A stretch of DNA of 63,810 bases, counting the filler, from an uncultured Acidimicrobiia bacterium (lineage in GTDB: Bacteria > Actinomycetota > Acidimicrobiia > Spongiisociales > JAOTWH01): assembly GCA_964347285.1 (NCBI GenBank). It is 3 parts of 3 records of this genome, joined end to end, with 100 filler letters (N's around TTAATTAATTAA, not from the genome) between each part and the next. Parts side by side here need not be neighbours in the genome. Positions count along the whole stretch, not along the records: positions 22,065 to 43,333 come from CAYFYE010000041.1; 2 more parts are not named here. One strand, given 5' to 3'. How positions within the stretch are numbered: position 1 is the stretch's first letter; the number at the start of each line of letters is the position of its first letter. Shown here piece after piece: positions 30,661 through 40,214 of this stretch. Under the pieces are notes generated by a model, which was given only the letters and a program-made list of their open reading frames with translations, was not told the DNA's origin and did not search any database. The position numbers and the translations under genes were made by a program.

Positions 30661-31422
30661 CTACCCCGTCGACTCTGCTCGCTGAGACTCCATCGCCTCG
30701 AAACGCCCGAGGATCTCTGCCTGCTGGCTGGCGAACTCCGGGTCCGACGCCCTGCGGGGGAAGGGAAGATCGATGGCCGTGTCGTCGAACACGGTTCCGC
30801 CGTGGGCAAGTGTGATGATCCGGGTCGACAACTGAACCGCCTCGATCACATCGTGCGTCACGAAGAGCACCGTCTTCTTGGTCGCTTCCCATAGCGTCTG
30901 CAGCTCCTCTCGGAGCGACCGGGCCGTGATCGCGTCGAGATGGCTGAACGGCTCGTCCATCAACAAGAGATCAGGATGCACCGAGAACGCCCTGGCGATG
31001 CCGACCCGCTGCTGCATGCCGCCCGACAGCTGCCCGGGGAACATCTCCTCGGAGCCGTCGAGCCCCACCATCTCGAGGTACCGTTTGGCGTTGTCCCTGG
31101 CCTCCTCGTCGGGGAGATCGCTCACGTAGAGCATGTTCTGCAACACGGTTCGCCACGGGAGCAGTCGCGGATCTTGAAACACGTAGCCAAGCACGGCCTT
31201 TTCACCGTTCTGGGTGACGGTGACGGTGCCGCTGGTCGGGGTCTCGACGCCGGAGACGATGTTGAGCAGGGTGCTCTTGCCGCAACCGGACGGGCCGACG
31301 ACGGACACGAACACCTGCCCCGACATCTCGAAGCTGATGCCCTGAATGGCCCTGGTCGGCCCACGACGCTTGGAGTGGGATGGAAACGTCTTGGTCAGGT
31401 TCTGAATCTCCAGTGTCGCCAT
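30661..31422 (-). CDS. ABC transporter ATP-binding protein (NitT/TauT type)
   Basis: GPSGCGKST, VFQDPRLLPW, LSGGMQQR, LLMDEPFS, FVTHD. Confidence 0.95.
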   Translation of the reverse strand: MATLEIQNLTKTFPSHSKRRGPTRAIQGISFEMSGQVFVSVVGPSGCGKSTLLNIVSGVETPTSGTVTVTQNGEKAVLGYVFQDPRLLPWRTVLQNMLYVSDLPDEEARDNAKRYLEMVGLDGSEEMFPGQLSGGMQQRVGIARAFSVHPDLLLMDEPFSHLDAITARSLREELQTLWEATKKTVLFVTHDVIEAVQLSTRIITLAHGGTVFDDTAIDLPFPRRASDPEFASQQAEILGRFEAMESQRAESTG

Positions 31423-31439
31423 GCTCGCTCCTGCCAGGC

Positions 31440-32333
31440 CTACCGATGCGCCCCGGCCAGGTCATCGCCGAAGCCGGCGTGGTCGAGCTCGATCTCGATG
31501 GCGGGGGCGTCGGATCTCCGCCAGCGGAAGGCACGTTTCTGCAGCGGCGTGAGGATCAGCCCGTCGACGAGGAAAATGATCGTGACAAAGATGATCACCC
31601 ATCCGATGAAGCCGTGGTAGCGCGCTCCGTCGTACCATAGACGCGACCGCCACCCCACCCCGTTGCCGGCACCGAACCACTCGGCCAGGAGCACCGCATT
31701 CCAGCCGATGATGAAGGCGAACCGGAGCCCGGTGAAGAGGTAGCCGGCGATGGCGGGCATGAGCAGGCTGCGGAAGCGCCGGTTCTGCGGCACGTGGAAT
31801 GCGTCTGACATGTCGTGCAGTTCCGGGGAAACGGCCCGCACCCCCTGAGCGATGTTGACCGCGACGAACGGCGCCGCCGACAGCGCCACCGTGTACACCG
31901 GGGCTTCCCACCCGAGGCCGAACCACATGACGGTGAGGAAAGCCCAGATGATCGCCGGCAACGCCAGGAACACGAGCAGCACATCACTCAGGAACGCCCG
32001 CATGAAGCCGCTCGAGCCGACGGCTACTCCGACGATGACCCCGGCGACCACGCCGATCAACAGCCCGATGCTGAAGCGTATGAACGTCACCGACAGATGC
32101 TCGACCCACTCTCCGGTCACGACACCGCCGTGGTTCCCCCAGGTCAGCTCGGTCCAGATGAACTGGAGGGTCGCCACCGGACTCGGGACGCGCGCAACAA
32201 AGGTGGCGAGCAGCTGCCAGAGGATGATGAACGCGACGTATGACGTGATACGGGCTCCCCATGACGACGTCAATGCCCTGCCGACAGGATGGCGCTTGAG
32301 GCTCGGCCGATCTAGAAGGGTGGCGAAGCTCAT
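31440..32333 (-). CDS. ABC transporter permease (NitT/TauT type)
   Basis: Hydrophobic; EAA-like loop; AEWFGAGNGVG. Confidence 0.88.
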   Translation of the reverse strand: MSFATLLDRPSLKRHPVGRALTSSWGARITSYVAFIILWQLLATFVARVPSPVATLQFIWTELTWGNHGGVVTGEWVEHLSVTFIRFSIGLLIGVVAGVIVGVAVGSSGFMRAFLSDVLLVFLALPAIIWAFLTVMWFGLGWEAPVYTVALSAAPFVAVNIAQGVRAVSPELHDMSDAFHVPQNRRFRSLLMPAIAGYLFTGLRFAFIIGWNAVLLAEWFGAGNGVGWRSRLWYDGARYHGFIGWVIIFVTIIFLVDGLILTPLQKRAFRWRRSDAPAIEIELDHAGFGDDLAGAHR

Positions 32334-33139
32334 GCCAGCTGCTCCCAGGTCCGCCATCGGAACAGGCGGCGCTCGAGGGCGGCGAGCAGCCGCTCGATGC
32401 CCAGCAGCAGCACGATGAACATCAGTGTCCAGGCTATGACACCCGTGATCGAGAAGGCCTGAAAAGCGAACCGGATCTGGAACCCGACGCCGTTCGACGA
32501 TCCGAAGACCTCGGTCAGGGCCTCGACCTTCCAGGCTATGGCGAAGGCGAGGCGCACTCCGGCGAAGATGAAGGGAAGGATCGAGGGGACCATGATGTCG
32601 CGAAACGTCTGACGTTCGGACCGCCGGTAGGCCTTGCTCATCCGGAGTAAATCGCTGTCCACGCCCTGGATCCCTTCGGCCACGCCGAGGGCGATGAACG
32701 GCATCGAGATCAACCCCACCGCCAGGACCGGACCCAGGAACCCGATGCCGAAGATCACCAGGGCCATCAGGGCGTAGACGATGCCGGGGATGCTCCCGGC
32801 GCCGACCACGCCGTCGTGGAAGAAGGCCTCCCAGTACTTGCTCCTGCCCATCAGGTACCCGATTGGGACACCGATGAGCACGGCGATGGCGAACCCCATG
32901 AAGGTCTTGGTGATGCTCGCCTGGAAGTCGTCGATGAAGGCGCCGGTGCTGGCGATCTCCCAGATCTCCCGGCCCACCTTCAAGGGTCCCGGCAGCGTGA
33001 ACTCATCGAAGAGCACCCTGGAGGTGAGGGCCCAGATGGCGACGAAGACCACCCAGCCCAGCACGACACCGGAGGCCCGCCGGAGCCTTGCTCCGGCGAA
33101 CCTCCGATCCGTGCCTTCGAGTGCTACCGCTTCAGCCAA
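32330..33139 (-). CDS. ABC transporter permease (NitT/TauT type)
   Basis: LPGP, GVPIG..MG, PSILPFIFAGVR, EVFGSSNGVG. Confidence 0.88.
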   Translation of the reverse strand: MAEAVALEGTDRRFAGARLRRASGVVLGWVVFVAIWALTSRVLFDEFTLPGPLKVGREIWEIASTGAFIDDFQASITKTFMGFAIAVLIGVPIGYLMGRSKYWEAFFHDGVVGAGSIPGIVYALMALVIFGIGFLGPVLAVGLISMPFIALGVAEGIQGVDSDLLRMSKAYRRSERQTFRDIMVPSILPFIFAGVRLAFAIAWKVEALTEVFGSSNGVGFQIRFAFQAFSITGVIAWTLMFIVLLLGIERLLAALERRLFRWRTWEQLA

Positions 33140-34204
33140 TTACGAAGGCGGCACGATGTCGTATTCCGGTAGCTGGACGCCTTCGGTCAAGCCGGCTTGA
33201 TCGAGCATCGTGAACAATTCGGACTCGGAATCGATCCACTCCTGAGTGAGATAGATGTCCTTGACGAACCAGTCGTGGGCCGCCAGGTAGTCCTGCATCC
33301 AGGCGATCTCCGCATCGGTCTGCACCGCGAAGTGCTGCGGATAGCTGGCGATGATCTCGTCACGGTTGGCGGCCCATTCCTTGAGACCGCGATCCCACAA
33401 CGCCAGGAAGAACTCGACCTCCTCCGGGTGGTCGGCGTACCAGTCGTCGCGGGCCATGAAGATGTTGATCATCGGGCCCTCGTGATCGGGCGAGTCGACC
33501 AGCTCTGCATAGAGATTGGCCGAGCTCTTGCCGTCGTAGAGGACATTGACCTCTTCGTTCATCAGAATCGGGACGGCGAAGTCGGGCAGCACGATGGCAC
33601 AGTCGGTGTCACCGTTGGCTGCCTGGTTGGCCGTGTTCGTGTGGTCCACGAGCACGAGCTCGAAGTCGCCGCCATCGACCCGGAAGTCGAGGCCGTGCAT
33701 CTCGTTGGCCAGGACGCCCCAGATCGTCGTCGAGGACAACGTGTCCCATACCGCCACGGTGCCGCCTTCACAGTCGGCAAGGGATGTGTACTCCGGGTGA
33801 TCCGGAGAGGAGACTGCGATGCTCCGGTCGATGTTGTACTTGCCGAAGACGGTGCTCGGGATCCCGAACTCTTCCTCGATGATCGGCACCTCGAAGTCAC
33901 CGACCGACATGATGTCGGCGTTGCGGCCGGCATACACGCCGACCTCGTTCCAGGTCGCCGAATCGAGAATGGCGATGTTCGCCTCCGTCTCCATCTCCTC
34001 GCGGATGCCGGAGTCGATCAGATAGTCCCACACCGGGTCCGGTGCGAAGGCGAACCGGATCACCTTCGGGACGTTGGGATCAGCCGCCGCCTCACCACCG
34101 GCCGCGGCGGCGGTGGTGGTCGCCCCCTCCGAGTCTCCACACGAGGCCGCCACCATGCCGATCGCCAATAAGAGGGCGATCAGCGATACAGCCCTTTTCG
34201 TCAT
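33140..34204 (-). CDS. ABC substrate-binding lipoprotein
   Basis: Lipobox VAASC; acidic soluble domain; first gene of the ABC unit. Confidence 0.8.
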   Translation of the reverse strand: MTKRAVSLIALLLAIGMVAASCGDSEGATTTAAAAGGEAAADPNVPKVIRFAFAPDPVWDYLIDSGIREEMETEANIAILDSATWNEVGVYAGRNADIMSVGDFEVPIIEEEFGIPSTVFGKYNIDRSIAVSSPDHPEYTSLADCEGGTVAVWDTLSSTTIWGVLANEMHGLDFRVDGGDFELVLVDHTNTANQAANGDTDCAIVLPDFAVPILMNEEVNVLYDGKSSANLYAELVDSPDHEGPMINIFMARDDWYADHPEEVEFFLALWDRGLKEWAANRDEIIASYPQHFAVQTDAEIAWMQDYLAAHDWFVKDIYLTQEWIDSESELFTMLDQAGLTEGVQLPEYDIVPPS

Positions 34205-34301
34205 ATGCCCTTCCTCCTCGTCGATGCCAGCCGATGAGCTGGTTTTGCAGACTATACGAGGGATTGCCAATCGCCGCCCGAGGACCGAGGAAGATCCTGG
34301 G

Positions 34302-35198
34302 TCAGGCCGGCTCCTCGCGGACGACGCCCGCCTGCTGCTCGAGCAGCGCGCACAGCGCCGCCGCATCCTGCTCGCCGAGCCCGGCCGCGACGGCTGCCTC
34401 GTACAGCGGTCTCGAAGCGTCGAGCAAGGGCGTGGGCACACCGAGACTGCGGGCGTAGTCGCCGATGACGCCCACGTCCTTGATGAACATCTTGAGGCGC
34501 GCCGCCGCCGGTTCGTAACGATCCTCGACCATCATCGGCCCCCGGATCTCGAGGATTCGCGAGCTGCCCACACCGGCGGAGAGCACATCGAGGATCTGCT
34601 TGGGATCGAGTCCCGCCTTCATGCCCAGCACGAACGCCTCCGCGGTGGCGAGGTTGTGAACCGAGACCAGGAGGTTGGCGAGGAACTTCATGATCGAGCC
34701 CTTCCCGAAGGCGCCCAGATCGAAAGTCTGCTTCCCGATGGCCTCGAAGACCGGATCAGCCTCTGCGATCGCCGCGGCATCGCCGCTGGCGTAGATCACC
34801 ACGGCCCCGGCGGCCGCCTCCAGGCCGGTCCCGCTGACCGGCGCGTCGATGACCGCAGCGCCTTTCGGTTCGAGAACGGCCCTGGCGTGCTCCTTGGCAT
34901 CGAGGGGAAACGTGCTCATCTCGATGACGATCAGCCCGTCGTGAGCGCCGGATTCGAGTGCGTCGTCCCCGGCAAGCACCTTTTCGAGGGCTGCCACCGA
35001 CGGCAGGGCGGTGATCACCACCCCGCTGCTGGCAGCCACCTCTGCGGGAGAGTGGGCACGCACCCCCCCGGCCGCCTCGAGCTCGTCCATGCGATCTTCC
35101 TCGATGTCGTACCCGGTGACCTCGAATCCGGCCTCGAGCAGATTGGACGAGAACGCCGCCCCCATGATCCCGAGTCCCACAACGCCTATTCGCTGCAT
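34302..35198 (-). CDS. NAD(P)-dependent oxidoreductase, 3-hydroxyisobutyrate dehydrogenase family
   Basis: VGLGIMG, EMST, DAPVSG, MKFLANLL, FIKD. Confidence 0.92.
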   Translation of the reverse strand: MQRIGVVGLGIMGAAFSSNLLEAGFEVTGYDIEEDRMDELEAAGGVRAHSPAEVAASSGVVITALPSVAALEKVLAGDDALESGAHDGLIVIEMSTFPLDAKEHARAVLEPKGAAVIDAPVSGTGLEAAAGAVVIYASGDAAAIAEADPVFEAIGKQTFDLGAFGKGSIMKFLANLLVSVHNLATAEAFVLGMKAGLDPKQILDVLSAGVGSSRILEIRGPMMVEDRYEPAAARLKMFIKDVGVIGDYARSLGVPTPLLDASRPLYEAAVAAGLGEQDAAALCALLEQQAGVVREEPA

Positions 35199-35974
35199 CT
35201 GCCTTCTCCCAGGAACGATTCGACGGCTGCGATGAGCGCCTCCGGTTGCTGCAGCTGTGGACAGTGGCCGCAGTCGTCGAGCACGAGCCGCTCGGCGCCG
35301 CGGATCCTGCCGGCCAGCTCGGAGGCCATCTCCGGCGGGGTCGTTTGATCCTCGGCGCCGGCCACCACCAGCGTCGGGTTCTCGATCGAGCCCAGGTGGG
35401 GCCGAAGGTCCATGACGGCCAGGGCCCGACAGGCGGCGGCGAAAGCACCGGGATCGACGCGCAGGAGCACGTTTCGCCGTTCCTCGAAGACCTCGGGATG
35501 CCGCTCCAGGTAGCCGGGCGGGAAGACCCGGCGCACGGCGACGTCGACGACGGCATCCATGCCGCCCTCCTCGACCAGCCCGCTCATCGTGCCGAACGCC
35601 TGCGCCCGGTCCGATGAGAAGGTGGCGCCGCAGTTGGTGGCGATGAGCCGGTTGAAGCGATCGCCGTAGCGAATCGCCAGAGCCACCGAGATGGACCCAC
35701 CGAGCCCGTTGCCTAGGACGGATGCGTCGGATCCCAGCCCCAGCTCGACCATGACCTCCGCCACCAGGTCCGCAAAGTCGAAGATGTCGGGATCGTGCAG
35801 CGGCGCCGACCCGTCGAAGCCGGGCAGCGATACCCGATACACGCTGCGCTCGCCGGCAAGCTCCGGCACGATCCGGTCGAAGGCTGCAGCGTCGGTGAGA
35901 AGCGAATGGAGGAGCACCAAGGGACGGCCATCACCGGCCGCGTCGACGTTGACGCGCCCGGCGCTCAGCTCCAC
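35186..35974 (-). CDS. alpha/beta hydrolase fold protein (enol-lactonase-like); nucleophile elbow reads GNGLGG
   Basis: LVLLHSL, LPGFDGS, PTLVVAGAEDQTTP, CGHCP. Confidence 0.85.
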   Translation of the reverse strand: MELSAGRVNVDAAGDGRPLVLLHSLLTDAAAFDRIVPELAGERSVYRVSLPGFDGSAPLHDPDIFDFADLVAEVMVELGLGSDASVLGNGLGGSISVALAIRYGDRFNRLIATNCGATFSSDRAQAFGTMSGLVEEGGMDAVVDVAVRRVFPPGYLERHPEVFEERRNVLLRVDPGAFAAACRALAVMDLRPHLGSIENPTLVVAGAEDQTTPPEMASELAGRIRGAERLVLDDCGHCPQLQQPEALIAAVESFLGEGRCSE

Positions 35975-35979
35975 GGTTC

Positions 35980-37479
35980 TCAGTTGAGCCGCCCGATCTG
36001 TCCCCCGTACCAGTCCACCGGCTCGCCGTCGGTGCGGATGGTCACGGCGCGGACATGGGTGAAGTCGTGGAACGACTCCCAGCCGCCCTCACGGCCGATT
36101 CCGCTATCGCGGACTCCACCCCACGGCGAGGCGGGATCCAGGCGATGGTGGTCGTTGACCCACACGATGCCGTGCGTCAGGCGGTCGGCGACCCGATGAG
36201 CCCGGGCCACGTCCTTTGTCCAGATCGAGGAACCCAGCCCGAAGGGCGAGTCGTTGGCCTTGGCCACCGCGTCGTCTTCGTCGCTGAACGGGATGACCAC
36301 GGCGACCGGGCCGAAGATCTCTTCGCGCGCACAGCGCATGGAGTTGCTGACGCCGCGCAGCACGGTGGGCTCGACGTAGAAGCCGTCTGCAAGGCCCGGG
36401 TCCTCGGGGATGCCGCCGCCGCACACGAGCTCGGCGCCCTCATCGAGGCCGAGGGAGACGTAGTCGAGAATCCGCTGCCTGGCCTTCTCGCTGATCACCG
36501 GGCCCAGCTGCGTATCGGCCTGGGCCGGATCGCCGATTCTGATCTTGGAGGCATGGGCAGCGAGCGCCTCGACGAAATCGTCGTAGATCGACTCCTGCAC
36601 GAGGATCCGGCTCCCGCAGATGCAGGTTTGCCCTGCCGCGATGAAGGCACCGAAGGCCGCACCGCGTGCTGAAACGTCGACGCTCTGATCGTCGAATACG
36701 ATCACCGGCGTCTTGCCCCCGAGCTCGAGCGTCGCCTTGGCGAATCGTGCGGCGGCCGCGGTGGCGATCTGACGTCCCGGCTCGGTGCCGCCGGTGAAGA
36801 CCAGCTTGGCGACATCGGGATGCGCGGCGAGCCGCCCGCCGGCCACCGGCCCCAGGCCCGGCACCACGTTGAGCACGCCGTCGGGGAACCCGGCCTCTGC
36901 GGCCAGGTCACCGAGCATCAGGCACGTGTACGGGGTGAGCTCTGAGGGCTTCAGCACGACGCTGTTTCCCGTTGCCAGGGCCGGTGCGAGGCTCTTCGAG
37001 GTGATCATCAGCGGATGGTTGAACGGGCTGAGGATGCCCACGACGCCGAGCGGGAACCGCGTGGTGTACGAGTGGTACGGGCCGGGCATCGGGATGACGC
37101 TGGTGCGATCGGCCACCAGCAAGGCGGCGTTGTAGCGGTACCAGCCGGAGAGCCGGCTGACCTGCGCCCGCGTCTCGGCGATGGGACGCCCGTTGTTCTG
37201 CGTCTCGAGGGTAAAGAGGTCCTCGAGGTGGGCGTCGATGAGATCGGCAAACCTGTGGAGCACAGCGGCGCGATCGGCGATGGTCCGGTCCGACCACTCG
37301 CCGGATTCGAAGGCGGCGAGCGCAACGGCGACGGCGCGATCGATGTCGGCTTCGTTGGCCATCGCGACCCGCCCGATCGGAGAGCCCGTGGCCGGGTTGA
37401 TGATGTCAAGGGTGGCGCCGTCGGATGCGGCCGTCTCCTCGCCGCCGATCAGCAGGCCGCGCTCGATGGTGGTCGTGAT
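35980..37479 (-). CDS. aldehyde dehydrogenase
   Basis: INPATG, PFNHP, LKPSE, FTGGT, LELGGKTP, GQTCICG, EEIFGPV; homology extends 39 codons upstream of the tracked ATG at 37362. Confidence 0.92.
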   Translation of the reverse strand: MTTTIERGLLIGGEETAASDGATLDIINPATGSPIGRVAMANEADIDRAVAVALAAFESGEWSDRTIADRAAVLHRFADLIDAHLEDLFTLETQNNGRPIAETRAQVSRLSGWYRYNAALLVADRTSVIPMPGPYHSYTTRFPLGVVGILSPFNHPLMITSKSLAPALATGNSVVLKPSELTPYTCLMLGDLAAEAGFPDGVLNVVPGLGPVAGGRLAAHPDVAKLVFTGGTEPGRQIATAAAARFAKATLELGGKTPVIVFDDQSVDVSARGAAFGAFIAAGQTCICGSRILVQESIYDDFVEALAAHASKIRIGDPAQADTQLGPVISEKARQRILDYVSLGLDEGAELVCGGGIPEDPGLADGFYVEPTVLRGVSNSMRCAREEIFGPVAVVIPFSDEDDAVAKANDSPFGLGSSIWTKDVARAHRVADRLTHGIVWVNDHHRLDPASPWGGVRDSGIGREGGWESFHDFTHVRAVTIRTDGEPVDWYGGQIGRLN

Positions 37480-37526
37480 GGCACCTCCTGTGCGCGAAGG
37501 CCGAGGATATATGATCGGCAGCCAAA

Positions 37527-38717
37527 ATGGCCCTAGAGAGTTGGCCCAGGGTCGTCATCGCCGGTGGGTCGATCGGAGGTCTCACCGCCGGCCTGCTTCT
37601 CCGTGACCTCGGCTGCGAGGTCGACGTCTACGAACGCTCAGGATCGCCGCTCGAGGATCGCGGGGTCGGCATCGTGGTCCTCCCCGTCACCGAGCGCTAC
37701 TTCACCGACCAGGCGGCGGCGCCGCGACGCGTCAGCTTGGAGTTGAACCACTGGACGTACGTGGACCGCGAGGGAGCCATCATCGATGCCGCCCCCGTCC
37801 GGTCGCGTTTCGCAGGCTGGGGGACGATCTACGGCGCGCTGCTGGAAGCCTTCGGCGACGACCGGTACCACCTCGGGCACGAAGTCGTCGGCTTCGATGA
37901 CCACGGCGATACCGTGACGGCGCACTTCGCCAACGGAACGTCGGTCGACGGTGATCTCCTCATCTTCGCCGACGGCGTCTCCTCGACTGGCAGATCGCTG
38001 CTGCTTCCCGAGGTTCCACCCGCCTACGCCGGCTACGTGGCGTGGCGGGGAACGACCCCCGAGGCGGCCCTGTCGTCGGGAGCTCGTGGCGACCTCGCCG
38101 ACGCCATGCTCTATCAGGTGCTGGATGGCGGTCACATCCTCGTGTACGCGATCCCGGATCGAGAAGGCAGAACGCACTCCCCCCACCGAGCGATGAACTT
38201 CGTGTGGTACCGCAACTACCCGACCGGCGGACCCTTCGAAGACCTGATGCTCGGCCGCGACCGCAGGCGGCGCACCACCACGATGCCGCCAGGAGCGGTG
38301 CGCCAGGAGCACCGCGACGAGATGCGGGCGGCTGCCACCGCGGCCATCGCCCCGACCCTGCTCGAGGTCGTCCTCCGGTGCGCCGAGCCGCTGATCCAGG
38401 CCGTCTTCGACTTCAAGAGCCCCCGCATGGCATTCGGCAGGGCCTGCCTCATCGGTGATGCAGCCGCAACCCTCCGGCCCCATGTCGCCGCCGGCCAGGC
38501 CAAGGCTTGCGCCGACGCCTGGGCTCTTCGTGATGCGCTCCTCGCGAGCGAAGGAGACGTCGCGAGCGCGCTCTCCGCGTGGGAGCCGACCCAACTCGCC
38601 CTTGCCAACAAGGCCTTCACCCGCAGCCGTGAGATGGGCATCGCCAGCCAGTTCGGGGGAACCATGATTCCCGGCGATCCGTCGTGGCGGTTCGGGCTGT
38701 GGGAACCGGGGAACTGA
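37527..38717 (+). CDS. FAD-dependent monooxygenase, 2,6-dihydroxypyridine 3-hydroxylase-like
   Basis: GGSIGGLTAGLLLRDLG.EVDVYERS, G.GIVV.P, YAGYVAWRG, NFVWY.N, GDAA..LRPHVAAG.AKA. Confidence 0.8.
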   Translation: MALESWPRVVIAGGSIGGLTAGLLLRDLGCEVDVYERSGSPLEDRGVGIVVLPVTERYFTDQAAAPRRVSLELNHWTYVDREGAIIDAAPVRSRFAGWGTIYGALLEAFGDDRYHLGHEVVGFDDHGDTVTAHFANGTSVDGDLLIFADGVSSTGRSLLLPEVPPAYAGYVAWRGTTPEAALSSGARGDLADAMLYQVLDGGHILVYAIPDREGRTHSPHRAMNFVWYRNYPTGGPFEDLMLGRDRRRRTTTMPPGAVRQEHRDEMRAAATAAIAPTLLEVVLRCAEPLIQAVFDFKSPRMAFGRACLIGDAAATLRPHVAAGQAKACADAWALRDALLASEGDVASALSAWEPTQLALANKAFTRSREMGIASQFGGTMIPGDPSWRFGLWEPGN

Positions 38718-39407
38718 TCAGTCGTCGAGGATGGCGACCGCCCGGGTGGGGCCGCCGTGGGCACCGACCACCTTCAGGGGGAAGCCGACGAAGGTAAAGC
38801 GTTTGCTGACGACCTCGGTGAGCACCAGGTTCTCGTAATGGGTCTTGTGGACCCGCCGGCACATCATGTGCACGGGGTAGATCGTCGACGTGGGGTTGTC
38901 CGGAGTCGGAGAGTCGACACCGAACGTGGTGATCTCCTTATCGAGGATCCAGTCACACGCCGACTCGCCGAGCCCCGAGTGGTTCGTCAGGTACTCGTCC
39001 GCGCCGGCGTACTTGTCGTAGGTGCCGGTGTAGAAGAAGCAGTGATCGCCGGGGTCGATGGTGAGGCCCGATGCAGCCAGCGCCTCGTCGAGGTGCTCCG
39101 CCGTCACGTCGGTCTTCTCCGGCACGTGAGAGACGTCGAGGCACAGAGCGGGCCCGTAGAACAGGTGCAGATCCATCTCGTCGATCGTCGCCGCCCCCGG
39201 TGTCGGGTCCAGGTGGCTGAACGAGTCGACGTGGGTCGGTCCGTTGTCGTTCATCTGGATCCCCCAGGTCTGGATGGAGAACCCGCTCGTCCAGCGGGGC
39301 GCCGTCTCCTCGTGGGTGGCGTGCTGGAACGTGACCGTCTTGTTGTGGCCGGGATAGACCTTCATGCCCTCGTAAATCGGCTGGGACAGATCCACCAAGC
39401 GTGCCAT
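38718..39407 (-). CDS. cyclase family (kynurenine formamidase-like) metallohydrolase
   Basis: LVDLSQPI..GM.VYPG, THVDS.SH, GVDSPTPD, HYENL, FPLK..GAHGGPTRAVA. Confidence 0.88.
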   Translation of the reverse strand: MARLVDLSQPIYEGMKVYPGHNKTVTFQHATHEETAPRWTSGFSIQTWGIQMNDNGPTHVDSFSHLDPTPGAATIDEMDLHLFYGPALCLDVSHVPEKTDVTAEHLDEALAASGLTIDPGDHCFFYTGTYDKYAGADEYLTNHSGLGESACDWILDKEITTFGVDSPTPDNPTSTIYPVHMMCRRVHKTHYENLVLTEVVSKRFTFVGFPLKVVGAHGGPTRAVAILDD

Positions 39408-39443
39408 TGCAGTGCTCCCTTCCTCCTGTATTTCGTTGAGCCT

Positions 39444-40214
39444 TCAGTACATGACGATGCCCGAGTTCACGTTCAGGTCGGCGCCGGTGATCGCCCGGGC
39501 CGCATCCGAAGCGAGGAACACGGCCACATCCGCCACGTCGCGGGCCTCGGTGAGCCGGTTGAGCGCGGCCTGGGTTGCGAACTCGTTCCTGACGATCTCC
39601 ACGTCGATGCCCCGTTCCTTGGCCTGCGCCTCGCTGAGCCAATCGAACCGCGGGCCGGCGACGAAGCCCGGCGAGATGAGGTTGATGCGAACGCCGTGAG
39701 GCCCGGCCTCGAGCGCCAGCGTCCTGGTCAGGCCGAGAAGCGCCATCTTGGTCGAGGTGTAGGGGGATCGGCCGACCAGCGGGCGTTTGCCGCTGACCGA
39801 CCCGATGTTGATCACCGACCCGGAGCCGCGCGCGATCATCGACGGCAGCACGGCACGGGTCACCAGGAACACCCCGGTGATGTTGACATCGAACGTCTCC
39901 TGCCAGTCGGCGAGATCGATCTCCCACAACGGTCCCGACGGGCCGCCGATGGCGCTGTTGTTGACCAGTACGTCGACGTGGCCGAGTCGGTCGAGGACGG
40001 TCTCCGCCATGGCCTCGACGCTCGCCGCCTCCGTTACATCGGTCGGAATCACGAAGGGCTCCCCACCGGCGGCAGCCACCATCGCTGCGGTCTCCTCCAG
40101 GTTGGGTTGGTTACGGGCCGCCAGTACGACGACGTCCCCCTGTTCACCGAAGGCGGTGGCGATCTCACGGCCGATGCCCTGGCTGGCCCCGGTGACGATG
40201 ACGACGTCAGTCAT
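39444..40214 (-). CDS. SDR family oxidoreductase
   Basis: TGASQGIG, LVNNS, GRSPYTSTK, ITGADLNV. Confidence 0.92.
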   Translation of the reverse strand: MTDVVIVTGASQGIGREIATAFGEQGDVVVLAARNQPNLEETAAMVAAAGGEPFVIPTDVTEAASVEAMAETVLDRLGHVDVLVNNSAIGGPSGPLWEIDLADWQETFDVNITGVFLVTRAVLPSMIARGSGSVINIGSVSGKRPLVGRSPYTSTKMALLGLTRTLALEAGPHGVRINLISPGFVAGPRFDWLSEAQAKERGIDVEIVRNEFATQAALNRLTEARDVADVAVFLASDAARAITGADLNVNSGIVMY

